Source of the DNA: Octopus bimaculoides
Taxonomy: Eukaryota
Assembly (NCBI RefSeq): GCF_001194135.2
Contig: NC_069003.1
Span: 34,219,677-34,278,264 of the forward strand
Length of the DNA: 58,588 nt
Direction: 5' to 3'
Part shown: piece by piece, positions 12,650 to 22,986 of the stretch
Numbering within the stretch: position 1 is the stretch's first letter
Layout of the letters: each line of letters starts with the position of its first letter
Made by a program: the position numbers and the translations under genes
Notes under the pieces: generated by a model
The model's database searches: none
Seen by the model: only the letters and a program-made list of their open reading frames with translations
Told to the model about the DNA's origin: nothing

Positions 12650-12798
12650 TGGTTTTCTCTGTTGTTTTCATTCTGGCTGCTAACAGAATATCTTTGCAAC
12701 ACCTTCAAAGCTCCCACATTCTCCGATGCCATAACGGACCTTTTATTACTGACAAGGTCCACTGTTTTCACTTTCTCCATAGACGTAGAGCTGCTAGA
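12650..12798 (-). CDS. DUF3504-BTB fusion gene, coding exon 4 (SSSSTSMEKVKTVDL...NENNREN)
   Basis: Acceptor ttcgttgcag|, donor CA|gtaagt; 149 nt, phase 0 to 2, matching both neighbours. Confidence 0.8.
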
Positions 12799-12837
12799 CT
12801 GCAACGAATGTAGAACAGACGGGTAATGATTTCTTTC

Positions 12838-12883
<46 letters not shown>

Positions 12884-13408
12884 TAATAGTAATTTCCTTT
12901 ATTTTGTTTTTTTATTATCGTCATCATTATCATTAAATCATTAACATCAAATGAGTCCACAAATGAGTTGCTGCTATGTGGTTGTTCAATGTGTTAGAAA
13001 TAGCAGCTAAACTCCCATTTTTAGACCAGGCCATCCCTCTCAAGGTCTAATGACAGTCAATTTCTTCTAGAAAAAGAGACAGACAGACAAACATATGCCT
13101 TGTAGTACAGCACGGGTATTTTATTTATTCAGCAACCCACAAAAGGAAAAGCAAAATTGACCTCAGCAGTATTTGAACTCAGGGCACAGAGAGCCGGAAC
13201 CAATAGCCCAAGGCAGTCTATCCAACACTAACAAACCTGCCAGTTAACAGCCATCTTGGAAATACATTAAATATTATACTCCTAGGTAGACCGTATGTAA
13301 CCATGAACACATATTCCATCACCGGCTGAATATTGAAGAGCAGGCCCCAACGCAGAAGCTTTAGATGTAAAGACGTAAACATCACAAATAATTATTTGGA
13401 AAGGTTAC

Positions 13409-13500
13409 CTGTAGCTTTGTTGATAATTCTTTATTTAACCAGGAATTGTCTGTTGGACAAGGACTCTGGTTTAAAGGCATATCCATCGAATGGCTAGCAC
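13409..13500 (-). CDS. DUF3504-BTB fusion gene, coding exon 3 (ASHSMDMPLNQSPCPTDNSWLNKELSTKLQ)
   Basis: Acceptor attttacttctag|, donor CAG|gtaacc; 92 nt, phase 1 to 0; this is the only open frame. Confidence 0.8.
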
Positions 13501-13666
13501 CTAGAAGTAAAATAATATAAATAAAAACAGAACCTTTTTTTTTTAAAGAAGAGCTGGGTCAACAAAAACTCGAAAAACTGAAATAGCATCAAAGTTCAAG
13601 AAGGGACCCTTGAAATTATATTCAGTCAATAAGTAAACCAGAAATCTTTGGTGATTGTATGTTTAA

Positions 13667-13882
13667 CCCTTTAGCATTTAAACCTGGCATATCTGGCCCA
13701 ACTATTCTGTTTTATGTTCAAACTGGCCACATCCAGCCTCTCACACCTTTTCTACAATATCATTCTGAAAATAAACAATCACATCATCAAGACCTTAAAG
13801 CCATGAGATAATGTATGATTAATTCAAAATGATGTGAATAAACAAGCATTATATTCGATGGAATAATCTGAATGCTGAAGGG
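13667..13882 (+). mobile_element. piggyBac-like MITE, family 1 (CCCTTTAGCATT...AATGCTGAAGGG)
   Basis: Terminal inverted repeats flanked by TTAA at 13663-13666 and 13883-13886. Related copies near 6170-6395, 10600-10690, 23030-23256, 42405-42605, 44990-45132 and 57985-58234. Confidence 0.8.
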
Positions 13883-14732
13883 TTAAATCTTTGTAGATCA
13901 GGAATCACTATTAGTGAGATAGAAGCATGTTTGGTTGTTTTCCGTTGTTATTGTTGTTGTTGGTATTTTTCAAGCAGTGTTTAGTCTCTTGCCACTTGGC
14001 ACCACCCCAGGCTGCTTTCACCCACAACTTTTAACAGCTGAAACAGAAACTGCCAAGCTGAATAGTCTCCACTCCGTTTCAAGGTCCTTAGTTTCTTCTG
14101 GGAGTTCTCTGAATTATAATGCAACAGTATCTTCATACCTGATGCTTAAAGACTCTTCTCCCCGCAAGATCCTCGCAGGGAGAAGTGGGCACAAGAGATG
14201 AGATGAGATGATTGTTTGGTCTCTGTTTGAGACGTGGTACTGGGTACTCGTAGTACCTACTATGGAGTGGTACTCTATCGTATCGTTGTATCGTCGTCGT
14301 TTAACGTCCGCTTTCCATGCTAGCATGGGTTGGACGATTTGACTGAGGACTGGTGCAACCAGATGGCTACACCAGGCTCCAATCTGATTTGGCAGAGTTT
14401 CTACAGCTGGATGCCCTTCTATGTCCAAAGCATATTAGTTATTATGCAGCAGTAATGTGTGGCCATAGAATTGACCATGCAATGAGGTGGTACTGCATAC
14501 CTATACTGCCTACTATGAAATGGTACTGTGTATCCATGGTGATTACTACACAGTAGTACAGAGTGAGATAAAGCGAAGTGAGGTAAGGTAGAATAAGGTG
14601 TTGTACCTTGAAATACATTAGAATTCTAGCAGCAGATTTGAACTCAAGACTGTGGAGAAAGTAGTCCAATACCATATCCACTTGTCCACAGTCGAACACG
14701 TATTTGAAAATGAAATTCTATTTAATTCTTAC

Positions 14733-14814
14733 CTTTATTGTAGTCTGTGAGACCAAAGCTTTGTAGCTGTGACGAAGATGTTTTCACTGAATTATCAGAG
14801 GTGGTAGGTGTGGT
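14733..14814 (-). CDS. DUF3504-BTB fusion gene, coding exon 2 (TTPTTSDNSVKTSSSQLQSFGLTDYNK)
   Basis: Long T-rich tract then ttttgcag| acceptor, donor AAG|gtaaga; 82 nt, phase 0 to 1. Confidence 0.8.
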
Positions 14815-15039
14815 CTGCAAAAATAGAAATAATAAAATAAAACAAATAAAAACAGTAACAGCTCCTGGCATCAGTAAAAAGTAGCAAAGAGGGGATTTAA
14901 ATGACCCCTTTTAGCATTTTTATCATCATCATCATTAAATGTCCACTTTCCATACTGCCACGGGTTGAATGGTTTGACCGGATGTTGTGAGCCACAGGAC
15001 TGCATCATGCTCCATGTCAGCTTTGGCATGGTTTCTACG

Positions 15040-15091
15040 GTTGACACCTGATGAAGGCTAGAGGGTATATCAACCGAAACGTTGTGTTAAC
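15040..15091 (+). ncRNA. Minimal type I hammerhead ribozyme motif (Penelope-type)
   Basis: GTTGACAC-CTGATGA-A-GG...CC-GAAAC-GTT-GTGTTAAC: 8-bp stem I (one G-U), intact core, palindromic ACGT stem III, weak stem II. Confidence 0.65.
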
Positions 15092-15308
15092 AACAAACAA
15101 AATGAGGACAAATATCCGTCAAATGTAAATAATGTAAATAATTTAAATTTTTATCTTACAAACTGAAATGGGAGCTTGACAAAATTAACTGAATTAGCAT
15201 AGAATAATGGTTTCATATTTTTTTATAATTAAGATCTAAGCTGTTAATATATGAATGCGAAAGAGATAGTTGAATAACTGTAAACCTACTTTTGGGCCAC
15301 CCTGTATA

Positions 15309-15580
15309 CAGTAACACCTCGACATACAAGAGATCGTTTGTAAAGTGGAAACTCATAAAACAAAGCAATAACTTCCTGTAGTAGCAACGAGATCTTGTGC
15401 GCTCATGTTACTCCATTGCAATATGCAGCTGTGTAGATGTGTCAGAACCAGTTGTTGTCACATGTTGTGACATTACCACGCACACAAAATGGCTGTTTAA
15501 CCTTTTTATATTCATTATAAAATAAAACTCATAAACCTGGGGTCTTGTAAAGCAGGCCCTTGTAAAGTGAGGTATTACTG
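15309..15580. mobile_element. Tc1/mariner-pogo (Tigger-like) MITE
   Basis: Imperfect ~22-bp TIRs CAGTAACACCTCGACATACAAG and CTTGTAAAGTGAGGTATTACTG, with TA on both sides. Confidence 0.75.
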
Positions 15581-15586
15581 TATATA

Positions 15587-15780
15587 GTGAAGGCACGTGG
15601 CCCAGTGGTTAGGCTGTTGCACTCATGATCATTAGATTGTAGGTTCGATTCCCAGACTGGGCAGTGTGTTGTGTTCTTGAGCAAAACACTTCATTTCCCA
15701 TTGCTGGAGCAGGGGGAATGTTGGCCTGCTCCTTCTAGCCAGCAGGGTGGCGTCATTTGAATGCTAAAACAATGCTGACC
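15587..15780 (+). mobile_element. tRNA-derived CORE-like SINE
   Basis: gtggcccagtggttagg (A box) ... ggttcgattccc (B box) ... gtgttcttgagcaaaacactt; reverse copies at about 7270-7420 and 22330-22510. Confidence 0.7.
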
Positions 15781-16403
15781 AAAGCCTTGTGACTGGATTT
15801 CATAGAAGGTACATGAAAGAAACCACGTAAAAAGCACTAGCACTGGTGCCACTTGGAAAAACACCCCATACACTGTGTAAAGGGGTTGGCATTAGGGAGG
15901 GCATCCAGCTGTAGAAACCATGCCAAACTGACAATTGTGGCCTGGTGCAGCTTTCACTGAGTAACTTGCGAGACAAAGATCCTTTGAGAGGGGAGAGGGC
16001 ATTGGAGAAGGGGACCAACATAAAATAACAACCAATGAAAATTAAATGACACCTCTTTTAGAATGTCTTCTTCATATTTTGACATATGTAGAAAAAAAGA
16101 AAAAAAAAGTAAACGAAAATAAAAATATGTTAAACACTATGGTTGGTGCTTAACTTTGGTGAAATGAAAACATGGAAAGAATGTGACATATATAAATCTC
16201 CCAGAACGGTATTTTGGTCACATGACAGTGTTAATAATGTAAACATAATAAAGATAAACAAGTTTGTAGGATAAAACTGTGGAGAAGTCCACCAATGTTG
16301 TTGAAATGTCAGATTCTAAAATATTCAGGCTTCACACAATAATTTATTAGGAAAAGTGGAAAATTTGCTTCTAAACCATCAATTTAACACTAATCAATAT
16401 AAC

Positions 16404-16810
16404 ATTATTATTGTTACAGTAAGGCAGTGAGCTGGCAGAATTGCTAGCATGCTGGGCGGTCTGAGTTCAAATTCCACCGATGTCGACTTTGCCTTTTATC
16501 CTTTTCGGGTCGATAAATTAAGTACCAGTTGCATACTGGTGTCCATCTAATTGACTGGCCCCCTTCACCCAAAATTTCAGGCCTTGTGCCTAGAGTAGAA
16601 ATGAATTATTATTGTTACAGTAAGGTGGTGGAGCTGGCAGAATCGTTAGCACACCGGGCAAAATGCTTGGTGGTATTTCATTTGCCGGTACATTCTGAGT
16701 TCAAATTACACCAAGGTCGGCTTTGGCTTTCATCTTTCAGGGTCAATAAATTAAGTACCAGTTGAGTACAGGGGACGATGTAATCGACTTTCCCTTCCCC
16801 CAAACAAGTA
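16404..16810 (+). mobile_element. Two tandem copies of a second tRNA-derived SINE family (aaggcrgtgagctggcagaa...gagttcaaat...gtcgataaattaagtaccag)
   Basis: A-box and B-box-like head in both copies, ~201-bp period. Other copies near 6440-6605, 6775-6975(-), 29095-29245 and 37795-37894(-). Confidence 0.8.
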
Positions 16811-17129
16811 AAAGAATAAAAGAACGACATTGTTTTCAAAATTAATTGGAATAAAGGTGGTTTTTCAACAAAGCTGTTAACAAAAGGGTCAAGTCCCTTG
16901 TTCGTGGACATGATGCAAGGCCAGGAGATAGACATAACCTTCTGGTCATTTCAACGATTGTCCAGCTCACTACCTCTTTCTAAAGACACTAAAGTTAAGT
17001 AAATCAATTCAACGGCCACTCCGACTTAGAAATGGACTTTCTCACACCATCAACACAATGACAAATTCAATGGCTTGCAGTAAACAGTTATGTCCCTTTG
17101 TGTTCTGTCTCTCCAAGTCAGACATTTCT

Positions 17130-17878
17130 AATCACCACCACGACCACCAGCATCGCCAACATCATCATCACCCCCAATATCATCATTGTCAACATCGTCA
17201 AGCCTTCTGCTGTCACCATTACTACCACTACAGCCATCATCACTATCACTATCATCATCATCATCATCATCGTCAACAAGGTCATCAATGGTGTTATAAT
17301 CAATCCTTCCAGTGTCCCCTTTATTATTCTCCTCCTCCTCCTCATCATCATCATCATCACATTTAAAATACTGTTGTTGTTGTTGTTGCTGCTGCTTTTT
17401 TTTGGAGGGGAGGGGATATTTTTGTTGCTTTTTTTGTTGTTTTTTTTTTTAGCAGCAGCCTGAATACACTGCCATTGAAGAAACTCGAAGCCATTTTTGC
17501 TACTTGATAACTTAACAATACCAACAACAACAACAGCAACAACAACAAGCTACCGCTGTTGCTATTGGTGCAGTAGGTGCAGCAGCTGAAATAAATGAAT
17601 AAATAAACAAGCAGAGAAAATGTCAATATATATATATATATATATGGACAATAGTAAATAATTAAATAGCAACAGTGACATAGAATGGTGGCAGTGGTGG
17701 TGGTGGTGGTGGCAGCAGCTGTGGTGGTGGTGGTGGGGGGGCAGTGATGAAGTTAGTAGCAATGGTTATGATGGTAGGAGAAGTTGTGAAGGCGGTGGTA
17801 GAGGTTGTAATGATGGTGGTGGTGGTGGTGGTGGTAGTAGTAGTAGTGATGGTGGTACAGTAGTAGTAGTAGTAGTAG
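17130..17878. repeat. Mixed (CAT/CAC/GTG/TTG)n trinucleotide microsatellite field
   Basis: Direct reading; a similar field lies at 24545-24770. Confidence 0.9.
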
Positions 17879-18642
17879 NNNNNNNNNNNNNNNNNNNNNN
17901 NNNNNNNNNNNNNNNNNNNNNNNNNNNNNNNNNNNNNNNNNNNNNNNNNNNNNNNNNNNNNNNNNNNNNNNNNNNNNNNNNNNNNNNNNNNNNNNNNNNN
18001 NNNNNNNNNNNNNNNNNNNNNNNNNNNNNNNNNNNNNNNNNNNNNNNNNNNNNNNNNNNNNNNNNNNNNNNNNNNNNNNNNNNNNNNNNNNNNNNNNNNN
18101 NNNNNNNNNNNNNNNNNNNNNNNNNNNNNNNNNNNNNNNNNNNNNNNNNNNNNNNNNNNNNNNNNNNNNNNNNNNNNNNNNNNNNNNNNNNNNNNNNNNN
18201 NNNNNNNNNNNNNNNNNNNNNNNNNNNNNNNNNNNNNNNNNNNNNNNNNNNNNNNNNNNNNNNNNNNNNNNNNNNNNNNNNNNNNNNNNNNNNNNNNNNN
18301 NNNNNNNNNNNNNNNNNNNNNNNNNNNNNNNNNNNNNNNNNNNNNNNNNNNNNNNNNNNNNNNNNNNNNNNNNNNNNNNNNNNNNNNNNNNNNNNNNNNN
18401 NNNNNNNNNNNNNNNNNNNNNNNNNNNNNNNNNNNNNNNNNNNNNNNNNNNNNNNNNNNNNNNNNNNNNNNNNNNNNNNNNNNNNNNNNNNNNNNNNNNN
18501 NNNNNNNNNNNNNNNNNNNNNNNNNNNNNNNNNNNNNNNNNNNNNNNNNNNNNNNNNNNNNNNNNNNNNNNNNNNNNNNNNNNNNNNNNNNNNNNNNNNN
18601 NNNNNNNNNNNNNNNNNNNNNNNNNNNNNNNNNNNNNNNNNN

Positions 18643-18693
<51 letters not shown>

Positions 18694-19390
18694 TATATAC
18701 ACAATATATATACAACAGGTTTCTTTCAGTTTCCATCTACCAAATCTACTCACAAGACTTTGGTCAGCCCAAGGTTATAGTAGAAGACACTTGCCCAAGG
18801 TGCCACGCAGTGGGATTGAACCCTTACCACACAGTAAGATTTCAACAAGGACTACAGAAAAATGAATGTTTTGATCCTGGACCTATTCAATTAGGGATGA
18901 CCTGGGGTTAAATAACAAAGTAATGTTAACTACTTGGTCCACTGGTCAACAAGACATCTATATAGTCCTTCAGTCAACTAGAAATAGCAGTCAAATTTCT
19001 TGAAATCACACCATTTTATCTTTAAAAAAGGAAGGGCATACTGACCAATGTAGCCTGAGATATACAAAAAGCTGCAAAGGTCATGGGTGGAATGACATTG
19101 ATCTTAGATTTACATTCTCGTAACTTAGCAGTTCAGCAAAAGGGATCGATATAATAAGTACTAGACTTAAAAAACTAAGTCCTGGGGTCGATTTGCTTGA
19201 CTAAAGCCCTTCAAGGTGGTGCCCCAGCATGGCCACAGTCAAATGACAGAAAGAAGTAAAAGAATAAAATATAAAAGCTTTAATCCCACTCTCTCCAGAT
19301 TCTGTCATTTCATTCCTCCTGGAATCAATAGAATACAATCAATAACATATATGAGATCAATAAACCACATAGTCTGGAAGATATCCTTAC

Positions 19391-20512
19391 CTGTTGTGTG
19401 TTTTTCTCTTCGTCTGCAAACGAGTTGTCCGCAGACGATTCTGCACTGCAAAGGTTTGCCGTAATTGCCTGCCCCATAGAGATCTTGTCCTTGTTGCTAA
19501 TACGCTGATAACCAGAGAGATAAGAAGCTGACTTCTGTCCCATCACAGCCATTATCATATTTGATTCAAAGTATTTCCGCAGAATGGCTGCCCCAGTAGC
19601 TCTTATTGAATGGTTGGTATACGTTCTGGACAAAGAGCATGTTCTACTCAGACCAGACATGAATTTGGCCAAGTTTTTCTCACCAACAGCAGATCGACAA
19701 TACCAGATGTCGTCATCAAAGAATGAATTCTCTCTTGGTCTCTGCCAAAGTCGGTCGCAGTCCGGATGGAGTTTGCTCAGATACAGTTGAAAGGACTTCA
19801 CCGGACACAAACGGCTGCCCACTGACTCCGGCATAACTCCAGTTATGCTTTCAGACTGGTTCTCTTTCGGACTGGATCCAAACTCATCCACTTTGACAAC
19901 AACTTTCAATCCGGATTCTGGATCCTTCATGACGGCAAATGTCGATTTCGTCATTTTGGACATGTTTTCCATTCCCCGTCGAAAGAAATACATGCGTATG
20001 TCAAACTGAACCTTATTCAATAACCCGGCTGGTGTGCTCGGGTCAAAGTAAGCAGATTCATACAAAGACTTTAGGTCGGCACTTGTTATCACTGGATGAT
20101 GTTCGACATCGCCTTTACCGAGTCTTTTCAATTCCATGATCGCTGCCTTGAAAAACTGATTAGCATCGGAAAACTCATTATCTTTGATAATATCAATTTT
20201 TCTAAAATAAGGTGCTGACCTCAAGTATCGGTTTAATCCATATCGAAAGTTTTCTAAAGAGTTCACTTTGTAGTGAGTGCCATCAGCCTGCCTGGCATCG
20301 ATGTAGAAATTTCCAAGACTCTTGTTCAATGTTGGTACGTCAAAGTTTTCAAACTTCTCGTTAAATCCTTTCTCCCTCAGATATTCTCGGAAGTTGTTTG
20401 CTGCAGTCTTATTCGACCGAATAGTTCGGCTAGAACTCATCTTCAAATCAAACGGAATTTCCAGGATGTTTGCAGACATCTCTGTTTTGGCAATGTCTCT
20501 TGAAGAATCCAT
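19391..20512 (-). CDS. DUF3504-BTB fusion gene, coding exon 1: Crypton-derived tyrosine-recombinase-like (DUF3504) domain, 374 aa
   Basis: Uninterrupted ORF with motifs characteristic of CryptonA/DUF3504 proteins: FY..AR..DG..YK..SL..FRYGLNRYL, FFRRGMEN, LCPVKSFQLYLSKL, LWQRP, WY..AVG.KNL..FM, YTNHSIRATG, MGQKS..LSGY. Donor CAG|gtaagg at 19390, phase 0. Confidence 0.9.
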
Positions 20513-20991
20513 TTTTACGAATACAGCTAATTCTTCAAGCTACACGAGTTAAAATGTTTCGCCAACAAGAAACATGGTAGAGGAATTTCTTCCAACAGAT
20601 TCTCAAAGATATCTCTTCAAAAAGTTTCAGCTTCGATTGTTCCAGTTGGATGTAAAGGTGACAGAATTACTTCACTGAGGCAAACCATTCTGTGAATATC
20701 ATTATGATGAAGGCTGGAACAAGGGTGATCAGTCAGTAATTGGCATTGGACAGCAACGCCATAGAATCACAACAATAAGGAATCATAAAAACAGGTTTTT
20801 TTTTTTTTTTGGTCTTTCTTTCAGATATTAATCATTGTATGTGTGTGCATGTGTGTGTATCTTATAGCACCAGTCTTTCAGAAGATTTGTTGAGCTTTTA
20901 TTAGTAAATTCGCTGGAGTCAGTTGAGGTTTTCTAGAATATAAAAAGATAGTCCATTCCATAAAATCAGATTATTCGCTGCCAGAAACAGT
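20513..20991 (-). other. Putative 5' untranslated part of the DUF3504 exon
   Basis: Strong acceptor ttttctcttttatttttcag| at 20992; in-frame TAG at 20540-20542 closes the frame upstream of the ATG. That AG could also be an alternative acceptor. Confidence 0.55.
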
Positions 20992-21149
20992 CTGAAAAAT
21001 AAAAGAGAAAAAGCAACATAAACAATATAACAGAATTATAAATTTTTAGTAGAAAACATTTTTTAAAAGAATGCAAATAGAAAATGAATAAATATATAAA
21101 AAACTATGTTTGAAGTGTTCTATATTTCTCATTCCATTATTTAATCATC

Positions 21150-21575
21150 ATCATCATCGTTTAATATCTGTTTTCCATGCTGACATGGGTTGGACGGTTT
21201 GACTGGGGACTGACAAGCCAGGAGGCTGAACCAAACTCCAATCTGATCTGGCAAGGTTTCTACAGCTGGATGCCCTTCCTAATGCCAACCACTCTGAGAG
21301 TGTAGTGAGTGCTTTTTATGTGCCACTGGCACAGGAGCCAGTCAGGTGGCACCGGCATCGGTCACATTCGGATGGTGCTTTTTACGTGCCACCGGCACAG
21401 GAGCCATCAGGGGGCACTGGCATCGGTCATGCTCGAATGATGCTTTTTACATGCCTCCAGCACAGGAGCCAGTCAGGTGGCACTGGCATCGGCCACGCTC
21501 AGATGGTGCTTTTCACGTGCCACCAGCATGGGAGCCAGTCAGGTGGAACTAGCATTGGTCACATTCGGATGGCAT
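21150..21575 (-). mobile_element. SINE/LINE-tail element ending in (ATG)n, with four internal ~66-bp tandem units
   Basis: catcatcatcgtttaa..tttccatgct..catgggttggacg terminus also seen at 5085, 10470, 14300, 40080 and 54590; tandem unit gtgctttttaygtgccacyggcacaggagccagtcagg at 21309-21571 and about 33450-33655. Confidence 0.75.
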
Positions 21576-22621
21576 TTAGAATTTTATTGATAGGATTTGT
21601 TGTTGGACAAAAAAATTCATTGGATCAAAAGATGTCAGACGAAAAGACATTTGACAAAGTGACAACGGACATGAAGACATGGCACCATAATCTATCTTCC
21701 TGTACGTGTCCTGTGGGGTACCTATTATCCCTTATTCTTAAACTCTATTTTGAAATATTTCTCCTTGCTGTTTGTTTAAACTGCCAAGCTTTTCTGGAAG
21801 GTGATTGAAATAACCATGGAGATAATGGACCTTGAAGCTCAAGTTACAGAGAAGCTTTTTAAAAACTGAAGAGCATGTCATCCACTAATTTAGATTAGTT
21901 GTCTGCCTAATGGTTGACAATCAAGTGTTAATAGTTAGAACAAACCAATGTCATGCAGAGAACTCAGACCATTAAGTGCCAAGGAATAACAATGTTTTAT
22001 AAGCTTTCTTATCTCGGTGACACTATCACATATCTCCAAGTTTTTCTAAGCTTAGTCTCGGGGAATTCACTGCATAAACAGCAAAAGCAAACACTTGTTT
22101 TGTTCAATGCTTTTACTCTAAGCTTTTTGCACTGAAATAAACTGACTTACTTTAGTATGTGTTTGTTTAAGAGTATGTAAAGAGTTGGTTTCAAATCATG
22201 ACACAAGGCCAGCAATCCTAGGGAGGAGTTAAGTCAATTACATCAACCCCAGTGCGCAACTGGTACTTATTTTATTGACCCCCAAAAGGTTGAAAGGCAA
22301 CCATCGTTATGGGAGATTCAGTGTGACACAATGTGACAAGGCTGGCTTCTTTTGAATTACAGGTACAACTCAGTTTTGCCAGCTGAGTGGACTGGAGCAA
22401 TATGAAGTAAAGTGTCTTGCTCAAGGACACAACACACCACCAGGAATCGAACTCATGACCTTATGATTGAAAGCCAAAAACCCTAACCACTAAGCCATGT
22501 GCTTTCACATATAAAGAGGTCAGGTATTCTGTATCTCCAGAAGTAAAAACGTTAGAGCAAAACTGGTAATATATTTGGAACCAATACCCTCTGAATACCC
22601 ATGAATAGGTCTAGTGTTTAA

Positions 22622-22986
22622 CCCTTTGACTGTTGAAAACAGATATATCCGTTCAAGATCTTACAACTGCTAACTGCAGAAAGTGATGTTACCCCATGGC
22701 TTTTGTGAAAACCTCTCCTTATTGCTGCGAGAAATAAAGAAGTCCTCAGTGACACTTTTGACAAATGACAATTTTTCAGATTCTCTTAATTGTTTTTTCA
22801 CATATTTCATCAAATATCTCTTTATTGAGCCAAAATCAAATGTTTTTAGGGGTGGATATGAAAATCCATACCCACAGGGGATACTGAAAAAGCATTGCAG
22901 AAACAGAAAATATCAATTCTATTTTTTGATGGATAATTAACATCGTTATGGGAATGACCATGAAATTTAATTACAGAATCAAAGGG
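22622..22986. mobile_element. piggyBac-like MITE, family 2 (CCCTTTGA...TCAAAGGG)
   Basis: 8-bp perfect TIR flanked by TTAA at 22618-22621 and 22987-22990; internal sequence unrelated to family 1. Confidence 0.7.

Noticed and set aside
19391-20512. Interpreting the YR ORF as an intact autonomous Crypton or DIRS element
   Set aside because: No terminal repeats, RT or RNase H nearby; the ORF ends at a strong splice donor in phase with host-like exons; and one catalytic His is substituted.
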